From NCBI GenBank assembly GCA_902806325.1, contig CADCWE010000225.1, forward strand, positions 1-59,186: a DNA stretch of 59,186 nt. The letters run 5' to 3'. A model generated the notes under the pieces. The model was not told the origin of the DNA. It saw only the letters and a program-made list of their open reading frames with translations, and searched no databases. Positions 30,185 to 39,077 of the stretch are shown here, piece by piece. The stretch's first letter is position 1. Each line of letters starts with the position of its first letter. The stretch comes from an uncultured Thermomicrobiales bacterium. Its GTDB lineage: Bacteria; Chloroflexota; Chloroflexia; Thermomicrobiales; UBA6265. Both the position numbers and the translations under genes were made by a program.

Positions 30185-32575
30185 CTACTGCTCCCGCAAG
30201 TAGGCCAGGGTCGCCCCGTCCCCGCCCTGCTCGGGCGGGGCCAGTTCGTGGCGGGCGACGACGGGGTTGTCGTTCAACCCCTCGCGGACGACCTGGCGCA
30301 GGGCGCCGGTGCCCTTGCCGTGGATGATGCGGACGAAGGGCAGTCCAGACCGATAGGCGTCCTCGACGTACTTCTCCAGCATCTCGGCGACGTCCGCCGC
30401 GCGGTTGCCGCGGAGATCGATCTCCATCGGCACGAAGCCGACCGGCGGCGGGGTGAAGACGCGCCGCTCCTGCTGGGCCGCCTTGGCCCTCCCGAGCCGC
30501 TGCAGCGCGTCCAGCGGTTGGCGCAGTTTGAGGGCGCCCAGGCGGACGTCGGCGAACCCGTCCTCGACCGCCTCGACCTCGCCCTCGGAGGCCAACGACG
30601 CCACCATCACGCGGTCCCCGACCCGGATCGGTTTCGCCCCGGCACCGGCGGCCGGTTTTGGCCGCGCGATCCGCTCCTTCCGGAAGGTGCGCACCGCGTC
30701 GGCGGCCTGGTCCACTTCTTGGCGCCGCTGATCGACGTGCTCGCGGGTGGCGGCGACCACCTCGCGGTCGCGCTGGAGGCGGCGCAGGGTTTCCCGCACC
30801 GCGGCCAGGTCCGCTTCGGCCTGGGCCAGCGCCTCGGCCCGCGCGCCCTGGCGCTCGATTTCGGCCTCGCGCAGTTCCTTGGAGGCGATCCGGCGGACCT
30901 GCTGCGTTTCCTTCTCCGTTTCGCGGGCCCGGGCCAGCGCGGCGTCGGCTTCGTCGCGGCGGGCGCGGATGTCCTGGAGCAGGGCGTCGGCGCGCAGTTC
31001 ATTCGGATCCAGGTACGCCGACGCGGCCTGGACGATCTCGCGCGGCATCCCGAGCCGGGTCGCGATGGCGAGGGCGTTGGACCGGCCGGGGACGCCGATC
31101 ATCAAGCGGTAGGTCGGGGAGAGGGTCTTCACGTCGAACTCGACGCTGGCGTTCTCGACCCCCGGCGTGGCGTAGGCGTAGGCCTTGACCTCGGAGTAGT
31201 GGGTGGTGGCGATGGTCAGCGGCCCCTTGGCGAGCAGATCCGAGATCAGGGCGCGGGCGAGGGCCGACCCTTCCTGGGGGTCGGTGCCGGCGCCCAACTC
31301 GTCGAGCAGGACCAGGCTGTCCGGGGTGACGTGGCGCAGCATCGCGATCACGGTTCGCATGTGGGACGAGAAGGTGGACAGGCTCTGGGCGATGCTCTGC
31401 TCGTCGCCGATGTCGGCGAAGACGGCCGGGAAGACGCTGACCACGGACGTGTCGTCGGCGGGCAGGAAAAACCCGGCCTGGGCCATCAGGGTCAGCAGGC
31501 CAACCGTCTTCAACGCCACGGTCTTGCCACCGGTGTTCGGCCCGGTAATCAGCAGGACCCGAAACGCCTCGCCGAGGTGGATGTCGGTCGGCACGGTCGT
31601 CACCGGATCGAGCAGCGGGTGGCGGGCGCGGACCAACGCCACGCGATGGGTGAGGTGCCCGTGCGCCCCGTCCGCGTCGCCGCGCCAGAGGATCGGCCGG
31701 GTGGCCCGCATGTCGAAGGCCAGCCGCGCCTTGGCCATCGCCAGGTCCACCGCCGCCACCGCCTCGACCGAGGTGGCGAGCGGGTCGGCCTTGGCGCCGA
31801 CCCGCTCGCTGAGCAGATCGAGGATCCGGTCGATCTCATGCTGCTCGGCCGCCTGCTGCTCGCGCCAGCGGTTGTTCAGTTCGACGACGTCCAGCGGTTC
31901 GACGAAGAGGGTTTGGCCGCTGGACGACGTGTCGTGGACCACGCCGGGCACCTGGGCGCGGGCCTCGGCCTTGACCGGGATCACGTAGCGGCCGTCGCGC
32001 ATGGTAACGATCGCGTCCTGGATGGCGCCGCCGTAGCGCCCGCCGGCGAGGAGGTTGTTGAGGCGCTCCATCAGGCGGCTGTGGGCGATCCGGATGTCGC
32101 GCCGGATCCGGCCGAGGGCATCGCTGGCGGTGTCGAGGACGTCGCCGCGGGGGCCGATGGCGCGGCCGATGTCGGTTTCGAGGTCCGGCGCTTCGGCGAC
32201 GTGCTCGACGAACACCGCCAACGACGGGAAGCGCTGCTCGACATCCGGAAGGCGAAAAAAGGACCGGCGCAGGTTGCGTCCGGCCGAGACCATGTCCAGG
32301 ACGAGCAGCAATTCGGACGGCATCAGCCGGCCGCCTTTGGCCGCCCGAGCGACGAAGTCGCGGATGTCGCGCGCGCCGCCGATGGAGACGTCGGGGAACG
32401 CCGTCAGGAGATCGACCGCCTCGGCGGTGACGCCGAGCAAGTAGGCGACCTGGTCCGGGTCGCCGCTGGGGCCGAGTTCGCGGGCGCGCTCGGCGGCGAC
32501 GCCGAACCGGCAGCGGGCGGCGAGGCGATCGAGGATGGCGGGAAATTCGAGCTTGGCGAGGACGGAATCATGCAC
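30185..32575 (-). CDS. mutS2: endonuclease MutS2 (MutS domain plus C-terminal Smr)
   Basis: 796 aa with a Walker A motif (GPNTGGKT) and a C-terminal Smr domain (IDLRGNRA..IIHGKGTGALR). GTG start. Confidence 0.95.
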   Translation of the reverse strand: MHDSVLAKLEFPAILDRLAARCRFGVAAERARELGPSGDPDQVAYLLGVTAEAVDLLTAFPDVSIGGARDIRDFVARAAKGGRLMPSELLLVLDMVSAGRNLRRSFFRLPDVEQRFPSLAVFVEHVAEAPDLETDIGRAIGPRGDVLDTASDALGRIRRDIRIAHSRLMERLNNLLAGGRYGGAIQDAIVTMRDGRYVIPVKAEARAQVPGVVHDTSSSGQTLFVEPLDVVELNNRWREQQAAEQHEIDRILDLLSERVGAKADPLATSVEAVAAVDLAMAKARLAFDMRATRPILWRGDADGAHGHLTHRVALVRARHPLLDPVTTVPTDIHLGEAFRVLLITGPNTGGKTVALKTVGLLTLMAQAGFFLPADDTSVVSVFPAVFADIGDEQSIAQSLSTFSSHMRTVIAMLRHVTPDSLVLLDELGAGTDPQEGSALARALISDLLAKGPLTIATTHYSEVKAYAYATPGVENASVEFDVKTLSPTYRLMIGVPGRSNALAIATRLGMPREIVQAASAYLDPNELRADALLQDIRARRDEADAALARARETEKETQQVRRIASKELREAEIERQGARAEALAQAEADLAAVRETLRRLQRDREVVAATREHVDQRRQEVDQAADAVRTFRKERIARPKPAAGAGAKPIRVGDRVMVASLASEGEVEAVEDGFADVRLGALKLRQPLDALQRLGRAKAAQQERRVFTPPPVGFVPMEIDLRGNRAADVAEMLEKYVEDAYRSGLPFVRIIHGKGTGALRQVVREGLNDNPVVARHELAPPEQGGDGATLAYLREQ

Positions 32576-32585
32576 GCGGGCGTCG

Positions 32586-33144
32586 TTACCCTTCGGGCAC
32601 CGAGTTCAGGATGGGCGGCAAGCCGCCGGGGAACCACGGCGCCATGAGCCTGGTAAAGAAGGGGGCCATGCGGAGAAAGATCGGAACCGGCGTCGAACTC
32701 CCGATCTCGCCCCGGATCATCCCCAGCGCCGGTCCGTCGGTGCTGCCCAAGGCGACCTGGTTCGTCGCCCGCGGCATCACCCGCAGCGCCAGCGCCGCCA
32801 CGGTCAGCGCGAGACCCGAGACCACGAGGCCGAGGGCCGCGCCGGCGATGTTGTCAAGGATGGCGATTCGGCGCGGGAGTTTCAAGTCTCCCAGTCAGCG
32901 GGAGATGATCACGGTAAAGATCACCGAGAAGGCGACGAACAACAAGGTGAAAACGATCAGCCACGAGGTGCGCACGCTGATCGCGGGCGAACTCGGCCGC
33001 CGGGCGGTAAAAGGTCGCCGCCGCGATCGCCCAGAAATAGATGGCGATCACCGCGGCGGTGACCCCGGTCACGCCGCCGAAGAACGCGGCCCCGATGATG
33101 GCCATGAAGATGACCACGATCCCGATGTCGAGCGCGTTGACCAT
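32586..33144 (-). pseudogene. cvpA: CvpA-family membrane protein, disrupted by a frameshift and an in-frame TGA
   Basis: The N-terminal two TM segments are in one frame (33144 to about 32990). The third TM segment (SWLIVFTLLFVAFSVIFTVIISR) is in another frame and ends at TGA (32898-32900). The same frame then continues LGDLKLPRRIAILDNIAG... to the stop at 32586. Confidence 0.75.
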
Positions 33145-33352
33145 GGCGTTCGCTTCTCCCGCGGCCGGTCCCCGACCGGCGCACCCATCCGGAACGCCCC
33201 GCCGCCCATCGCGGTTGCGACGCTAACGCCGCCATACCGTCCGCCAAAATCCCCCGATGGTCCGCGATCGTCGCCCGCGGCGGAAGCCCCGGAAAGCAAC
33301 CGCGGCCCGACCCGTCTTTCCATCCTCCAGGCCGCGCCACGGCCCACGCATC

Positions 33353-33382
33353 TTGACACGAACATTCGTTCGTCCCTATACT
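33353..33382 (+). promoter_or_regulatory. lexA promoter (TTGACA-18nt-TATACT) with an embedded LexA/SOS box CGAACATTCGTTCG
   Basis: TTGACA at 33353-33358. The palindrome CGAAC-N4-GTTCG at 33359-33372 lies in the spacer. TATACT at 33377-33382. Confidence 0.7.
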
Positions 33383-33445
33383 GGCGCTATTGACAACGCG
33401 CGCCGCTCCCAGCGCCCCCGCCCCACCGCCGCACGAGAGGACGCC

Positions 33446-34084
33446 ATGAAGGACCTATCTCGCCGCCAACGCGCCGTCCTGGATTTCATCGAGGCCTTTT
33501 TGGCCGAGAACGACTATCCACCGACGATCCGGGACATCCAGCGCGAGCTGAGCATCTCCTCGACCAGCGTGGTCGACTACAACCTCAAGGTGCTCGAAGA
33601 GCGGGCCTACATCCGGCGCAACCGCAACATCTCGCGCGGGATCGAGGTCGTCGGCCGCGCCCAGTCGCGGCGCAACATCGTCTCGATCCCGGTCATCGGC
33701 CAAATCGCCGCCGGTTTCCCGATCCCGGTCCCCGGAGATCTGGAAGGCAGCGACTCCGCCGAAACGGTTGATCTCGGCACCGAGTTCGCGCCGGACGGCG
33801 GGCGGGGCATGTTCGCCCTTCGGGTCAAGGGGCACTCGATGGTCGACGCGCTGATCAACGACGGCGACATCGTCCTCCTGCGCCAGCAGCAGACCTGCGA
33901 GAACGGCGAGACGGTCGCGGTCTGGCTGCGCGAGCAGAAGGAAACCACCCTCAAGAAGTTTTACCTCGAAGGCGAGCGCGTCCGCTTGCAGCCCGCCAAC
34001 GTGACGATGGACCCGATCTACACCGCGGCCGACAACGTCGAGATCCAGGGCAAGCTGGTCTCCGTGATCCGGGCGTTCGCCTAG
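33446..34084 (+). CDS. lexA: LexA repressor
   Basis: wHTH N-terminus (RQRAVLDFI..PPTIRDI), AG cleavage site (IAAGFP), and S24 peptidase Ser/Lys motifs (GHSM..., ...TLKKF). Confidence 0.95.
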   Translation: MKDLSRRQRAVLDFIEAFLAENDYPPTIRDIQRELSISSTSVVDYNLKVLEERAYIRRNRNISRGIEVVGRAQSRRNIVSIPVIGQIAAGFPIPVPGDLEGSDSAETVDLGTEFAPDGGRGMFALRVKGHSMVDALINDGDIVLLRQQQTCENGETVAVWLREQKETTLKKFYLEGERVRLQPANVTMDPIYTAADNVEIQGKLVSVIRAFA

Positions 34085-34128
34085 CCGCGCTCGCACCAGC
34101 GGCCCCATCGCCGCCGAGTTTTAGAGGC

Positions 34129-34158
34129 CCGAGGCCCCGGTGCAAACCGGGGCCTCGG
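34129..34158 (+). terminator. hairpin after lexA (13-bp perfect stem, GCAA tetraloop)
   Basis: ccgaggccccggt gcaa accggggcctcgg. No U-tract follows. Confidence 0.55.
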
Positions 34159-34243
34159 CGCGTGCTTGCGGCGCGGCCGTGCGTCGTCCATCATCACCGC
34201 CAACCGTCGCGCCGCCGAACCCATCGCCCAGACCGAGGTTGCC

Positions 34244-35725
34244 GTGTCGCTCGTCCGCCCCGCGTCCGCCAGCGAACCCGCGGCGCCGCGCGCCGCGGCG
34301 CGGGCGGCGACGCGGCAGGCGCCGCTGGCCCTCCTGGTCGGGTTGGCCGTCTTCGTCGCCTGCCTGGCCTGGATGCCGTCGCTGATGGATCGGCTCGACC
34401 CGCTGACCGGGGACGAGCCGTTCTACGTCATGACCGGGATCAGCCTGATCGAGGACGGCGACCTCGACGAACGGAACAATTACGAAGCGCGCCACTTTGA
34501 CCGCTTTTACCCGGTCCCAGGCATCGCGCGCGACGGCTGGCCCGGCTTTCCGGATCCCCTGCCACCCCACGCCTCCCAGACCGATCGGGACGGTCTCTAC
34601 AGCAAGCACGGCCCCGGGATGGCGCTGCTGGTGGCGGTGCCGTTCGCCGCCGGCGGTCGGCCGCTGGTCCTGCTCGTCCTGGCCGGCGTCGCCGCCGCGG
34701 CGGCCGGGAACGCGACCGCGTTGGCGGCCCGCTTCGCGGCGGCTCCGATCGCGGCGGCGGTCGGGTTGGCGCTGGCGCTGACCAACCCGATGGCCTCGTT
34801 CTCGCTCCTGATCTTTCCGGAGATGAGCGCCGCGCTCTGCGTGACCTACGCCGTGCGGCGGCTCCTGGCCCCGGCCAACTCCGTCTGGCAGTGGTTCGCC
34901 ATCGGGGCGGCGGCGGCGGCGCTGCCGTGGCTGCACTACCGCTTGGCGCCGGTCAGCGTGGTCCTGGTGGCGCTGGCCGTCTGGCGCCACCGGCGGGCGC
35001 TAATCGGCCGGTCCGGGCTCGCCGCCTTGGCGTTGCCCATCCCGGCCGCCCTCGTCCTCGGCGGCTGGTACGTCTACCTCTACGGTGGGCCGCTTCCGCC
35101 GTCGTCCGATCACGCAGGGTTCTCCGGCCCCGCGGACAGCGTCAACAACTTCTTCGGCACGTTCCTCGACCAGCAGTGGGGCGCGTTCGTCCACAACCCG
35201 CTGCTGCTGCTCGCGGCGGCGGCGTTCGTCCCGTTCCTCGCCCACCGGCCGAAAGACGCCGCGACCTTGCTGGCGGTGGTGCTGCCCTATCTGGCGCTGG
35301 TCGTCACCTACCGGGTCTGGTGGGGCGAATGGAACCCGCCGGCGCGGTACCTGACCGACGTCGTGCCGCTGGCGGCGGCGCCGTTGGCGTGGTGGCTGGG
35401 GCGGATCCGGCGCGCGGTTGCCTGGCCGGTACTGGCCGCGTTCGCGGCCCCCGGGCTGCTGGTGATGGCGGGGTTCGTGGCGGACCCGCAGCGGATGTAC
35501 AACCACCCGGATGGATCGAGCAGCCTCTTCGAACTGTGGCAGGCCCGTACCGGCCTCGCGTTGACGGAATGGGTGCCGTCGTTCGTCTTCTACAGCGCCG
35601 CGCCGGTCGGCGAGCGGGTCTTCGCCTCCGCCGTCCTCGTCGGCCTGCTGGCGGTGCTACCGGCGGTGGCGATGGTTCTGGTGGACGGCGCCTCGGACGA
35701 CGAGTCCGCGGCGGGAGACGGTTAA
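34244..35725 (+). CDS. polytopic membrane protein, GT-C-like (PMT_2/ArnT-like) glycosyltransferase candidate
   Basis: About 12 TM segments. The first loop carries DEPFY plus acidic residues (GDEPFYVMTGISLIEDGDLDE), as in GT-C enzymes. GTG 34244 was chosen. Confidence 0.55.
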   Translation: MSLVRPASASEPAAPRAAARAATRQAPLALLVGLAVFVACLAWMPSLMDRLDPLTGDEPFYVMTGISLIEDGDLDERNNYEARHFDRFYPVPGIARDGWPGFPDPLPPHASQTDRDGLYSKHGPGMALLVAVPFAAGGRPLVLLVLAGVAAAAAGNATALAARFAAAPIAAAVGLALALTNPMASFSLLIFPEMSAALCVTYAVRRLLAPANSVWQWFAIGAAAAALPWLHYRLAPVSVVLVALAVWRHRRALIGRSGLAALALPIPAALVLGGWYVYLYGGPLPPSSDHAGFSGPADSVNNFFGTFLDQQWGAFVHNPLLLLAAAAFVPFLAHRPKDAATLLAVVLPYLALVVTYRVWWGEWNPPARYLTDVVPLAAAPLAWWLGRIRRAVAWPVLAAFAAPGLLVMAGFVADPQRMYNHPDGSSSLFELWQARTGLALTEWVPSFVFYSAAPVGERVFASAVLVGLLAVLPAVAMVLVDGASDDESAAGDG

Positions 35726-35730
35726 CCGGG

Positions 35731-35739
35731 TGCTATACT
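35731..35739 (+). promoter_or_regulatory. candidate extended -10 (TGCTATACT)
   Basis: The motif lies about 55 nt upstream of the GTG at 35795. Confidence 0.35.
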
Positions 35740-35794
35740 CGCCTCGCTCCCAGGCCAATCCGGCATCCTGGCCGGGCAACGGAGGGCGCCCCCC

Positions 35795-36397
35795 GTGGAC
35801 ACCGCGTTCCTGACCGGTCTCGGCCTGGCCGCGCCGGCCGGTCTCAATGCGTACTTGCCGCTGCTGATCGTCGCCCTCGCCGACCGGTTTACCGGGCTGA
35901 TCGAGCTCGACCGGCCGTACCACTTCTTGTCTTCCCTGGCCGGCATCGGAATCTTGATCCTGCTGCTGACGGTGGAGTTGGTGGTCGACAAGATCCCGGG
36001 TCTCGACCACGCCAACGACCTGATCCAATCGGCGATCCGCCCCGCCGCCGGCGCCGGGCTGATGATGGCCGCGACCAGCGACTGGCCGGCCCTCAACCCG
36101 GTCCTGGCGTTGCTGATCGGCCTCGTCGCCGCCGGGGTCGTTCATACCGCCAAGGCCACCACCCGGCCGCTGATCACCGTCGGCACGGGCGGGATGGGCA
36201 ATCCGCTGGTCAGCCTGGTCGAGGACGGCATCGCCGGGGTCACCGCCGTCGTCGCGCTCGTGCTGCCGCTCGGGGTGCTGGTCCTGCTGCTCGTCTTCGC
36301 CGGGTTCCTGGTTTGGTCCACCCGCCGGGTGCGTCGACGGTTCGGCTCGGCCCTGCCCCCGGCGCCGGGGCGAGCCGGTCCAGGGTTGCACTCCTAG
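35795..36397 (+). CDS. DUF4126-family membrane protein
   Basis: GLAAPAGLNAYLPLL...VVDKIPGLDH... pattern with 5-6 TM segments. Confidence 0.8.
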   Translation: MDTAFLTGLGLAAPAGLNAYLPLLIVALADRFTGLIELDRPYHFLSSLAGIGILILLLTVELVVDKIPGLDHANDLIQSAIRPAAGAGLMMAATSDWPALNPVLALLIGLVAAGVVHTAKATTRPLITVGTGGMGNPLVSLVEDGIAGVTAVVALVLPLGVLVLLLVFAGFLVWSTRRVRRRFGSALPPAPGRAGPGLHS

Positions 36398-36413
36398 ACT
36401 CAACCTTTATAAT
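36386..36413 (+). promoter_or_regulatory. strong sigma-70-type promoter TTGCAC-16nt-TATAAT
   Basis: This is the most AT-rich patch in this part of the window. It lies 45 nt upstream of the DnaJ-class gene, and its -35 abuts the upstream stop codon. Confidence 0.5.
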
Positions 36414-36458
36414 AAGAACCGAAGAAGTTCGAGATCCGATCACCCGAGCGAGGACGCG

Positions 36459-37583
36459 ATGCCGCCCGTCCGCTTCAAGGATTACTACCAAACCCTGGGG
36501 TTGGGCCGCGACGCCGACGAGAAGGCGATTCGCGCCGCCTACCGCAAGCACGCCCGCGCCAACCACCCGGACCTCCACCCGGGCGACAAGGTCGCCGAGG
36601 AGCGCTTCAAGGACGTCAACGAAGCCCACGAGGTCCTCTCCGACCCGGCCAAGCGCAAGATGTACGACCGCTACGGCGAAGAGTGGCAACGCTACCGGGA
36701 CGCCGGGTTCACCGGCAACGAACCGGCCGGTGGTCGGACCACCTTCGACCCCAACGATTTCGGGGCCTGGTTCTCCGGCGAGCGGACCGCCTCGACCGGC
36801 CGGTCCAGCGGTTCCCGCGAGGGCGGCTCCTTCCGGGTCGACCTCGGTGGTCAGGGCGGCGACGGTCCCGGTTTTTCGGATTTCTTCCAGACCATCTTCG
36901 GCAACGCGCGCGGCGGGCGATCCAGCACCGCAACGGCGCCACGGCGGCGCCGGGGCGAGGACAGCGAGGTCGGAATCGAGATCGACTTCGCCGAGGCGTT
37001 TCACGGCGCCACCCGGACCTTCGAGGTCCAGAGCCTGGAAACGTGCCCCCGATGCCACGGCACCGGGTTAGCACGGGAAGCGGTGTGCCCGACCTGCGAC
37101 GGCACCGGCCAGGCACCGAAGACCAAGGCGATCGAGGTCCGGATCCCGGCCGGGGTCGCCACCGGCTCTCGGATCCGCGTCGCCGGGCAGGGCGCGGCCG
37201 GAGACCAGGGCGGCGCCAACGGCGATGTCTACCTGCGGGTCACGGTCAGGCCGGACCGGCGGTTCGAGCGCGAGGGCGACGACCTCCGGACCGAGGTCGA
37301 GGTTTCCCTCTTCGACGCCCTGCTCGGCGGCGAGACCGTGGTCCCCACGCCGACCGGGCGGGTCGCCCTGACCATCCCGCCGGGCACCCAGCCGGGGCGC
37401 GTGTTCCGGCTCCGCAAGCTGGGGATGCCGAAGCTCAAGGGCCCTCAAGGGGAACGAGGCGACCTGCTGGTGCGGGTCCGGGTCGCGCTGCCGGTCGAAC
37501 TTTCCGCGCGGGAGCGGGCGCTGGTCGAGGAATTGCGCGCCCTCCGATCCGGCGCCGAATCCGGGCCGTCCGGGAACCAATAG
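36459..37583 (+). CDS. DnaJ-class co-chaperone (J domain, G-rich region, reduced zinc-finger, CTD)
   Basis: J domain with HPD (KDYYQTLG..HPDLHPGD). Only two CxxCxGxG repeats are present (CPRCHGTG, CPTCDGTG) instead of four. Confidence 0.85.
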   Translation: MPPVRFKDYYQTLGLGRDADEKAIRAAYRKHARANHPDLHPGDKVAEERFKDVNEAHEVLSDPAKRKMYDRYGEEWQRYRDAGFTGNEPAGGRTTFDPNDFGAWFSGERTASTGRSSGSREGGSFRVDLGGQGGDGPGFSDFFQTIFGNARGGRSSTATAPRRRRGEDSEVGIEIDFAEAFHGATRTFEVQSLETCPRCHGTGLAREAVCPTCDGTGQAPKTKAIEVRIPAGVATGSRIRVAGQGAAGDQGGANGDVYLRVTVRPDRRFEREGDDLRTEVEVSLFDALLGGETVVPTPTGRVALTIPPGTQPGRVFRLRKLGMPKLKGPQGERGDLLVRVRVALPVELSARERALVEELRALRSGAESGPSGNQ

Positions 37584-37731
37584 GCCGAGCAGGCGACCGC
37601 CGATCGGGACCCCCTTCTCCCCCGCCCGGACGCCCCCCCGGTCGCGCCTCGGGTATAGTCCGACGGCATCGGCGTGGCCGGTGTGACCGCGGCCGCACGA
37701 CCCACGCGAACGACCCTGGGGGACCATCGCG

Positions 37732-39030
37732 ATGCCCGCCACGATCATCATGGGCGGCCAATGGGGCGACGAGGGCAAAGGCAAGCTGACCGATGCCCTG
37801 GCCGCCGAGGCGGCCGTCGTCGTCCGCGCCAACGGCGGCAGCAACGCCGGCCACACCATCCAGACCCCGGCCGGGGTCTTTAAACTGCACCTCGTCCCGT
37901 CCGGGATCCTCAACCCGGACTGCCTCTGCGTGGTCGGCGCCGGGGTGGTGATCGACCCGGCGGCGCTGGTGCGGGAGATGGACGAGCTGCAAACCCGCGG
38001 CGTCGGGCTCGACAAGCTGCGGGTCTCGGACCGGGCCCACGTCGTGTTGCCGTACCACCCGATCCTCGACCAGGTGGCCGAAGCGCAGCGCGCCGACGAC
38101 GAGATCGGCACCACCCTGCGCGGCAACGGCCCGGCCTACGCCGACAAGGTCTCGCGGGTCGGGATCCGGATTGCCGACCTGATGGACGAGGCCGCCCTGC
38201 TCCGCAAGCTGAGTCGCCAAATCGAGCAGAAGAACCAAATCCTGACCCGCGTCTACGGACGAGCGCCGGTCGAGCTGACGCCGCTCTACCACGAGTTGAT
38301 CGGGCTGGGCGGCCGCCTCCGCCCGCACGTCGTCCCGTCCGAGATCCTGGTCCAGGACGCCCTGGCGGCCGAGAAAGAGGTCGTGATCGAGTGTGCCCAG
38401 GGGGCGATGCTGGACGTCGACTACGGGACCTATCCGTTCGTTACGTCGTCGTCCCCGACCGCGGCCGGGGCCTGCCAGGGCGCGGGCGTGGCGCCGACGC
38501 AGGTCCGGCGAGTGGTCGCGGTCTTCAAGGCCTACTCCACCCGCGTCGGTGGCGGACCGCTGCCCACGGAACTCCTGGACGCCACCGGCGACACGATCCG
38601 CGAACGCGGCCGGGAGTACGGCACCACCACCGGTCGTCCCCGCCGGACCGGCTGGTTCGACGCGGTCGCCGCCCGCTACGTCACCCGCCTCAACGGCGTG
38701 ACCGAGGTCGCGCTGACGCTGCTCGACGTGCTCGACGCCTTTGAGGAGATCAAGGTCTGCACCGGCTACGCCCTGAACGACATCACCCTCGATCACCTGC
38801 CGGCGCGCGACGACCTGTTGGCCCAGGTCGTCCCGTGCTACACCACCTGCCCCGGCTGGTTGCGCGAGACGACCCGGGCCCGCCACGCCGAAGACCTGCC
38901 GGACGGCGCCCACGCCTACGTCTCGTTCCTCTCCGACGCGATCGGGGCGCCGATCACCATGATTGGCGTCGGACCTGCTCGCGACCAACTGGTGCCGACC
39001 GGGTCGCGGCCGTTGGTGCCGGCGCGGTAG
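37732..39030 (+). CDS. purA: adenylosuccinate synthetase
   Basis: GGQWGDEGKGK P-loop, GSNAGHT, GTTGRGIGP-like (TTTGRPRR) motifs. TATAGT lies at 37654-37659 upstream. Confidence 0.96.
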   Translation: MPATIIMGGQWGDEGKGKLTDALAAEAAVVVRANGGSNAGHTIQTPAGVFKLHLVPSGILNPDCLCVVGAGVVIDPAALVREMDELQTRGVGLDKLRVSDRAHVVLPYHPILDQVAEAQRADDEIGTTLRGNGPAYADKVSRVGIRIADLMDEAALLRKLSRQIEQKNQILTRVYGRAPVELTPLYHELIGLGGRLRPHVVPSEILVQDALAAEKEVVIECAQGAMLDVDYGTYPFVTSSSPTAAGACQGAGVAPTQVRRVVAVFKAYSTRVGGGPLPTELLDATGDTIRERGREYGTTTGRPRRTGWFDAVAARYVTRLNGVTEVALTLLDVLDAFEEIKVCTGYALNDITLDHLPARDDLLAQVVPCYTTCPGWLRETTRARHAEDLPDGAHAYVSFLSDAIGAPITMIGVGPARDQLVPTGSRPLVPAR

Positions 39031-39077
39031 GGCCACGCCATGCCGCGAGAGGCGTACGGCGACGGCGGGCCGTGGCC

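Noticed and set aside
36386-36440. Possible CIRCE (TTAGCACTC-N9-GAGTGCTAA), HAIR (CTTGAGT-N7-ACTCAAG) or LexA (GAAC..GTTC) operator upstream of the DnaJ-class gene.
   Set aside because: Only half-site resemblance is present (TTGCACTC and ACTCAA) with no inverted partner. GAAC-N7-GTTC at about 36416-36430 has the wrong spacing for a LexA box.
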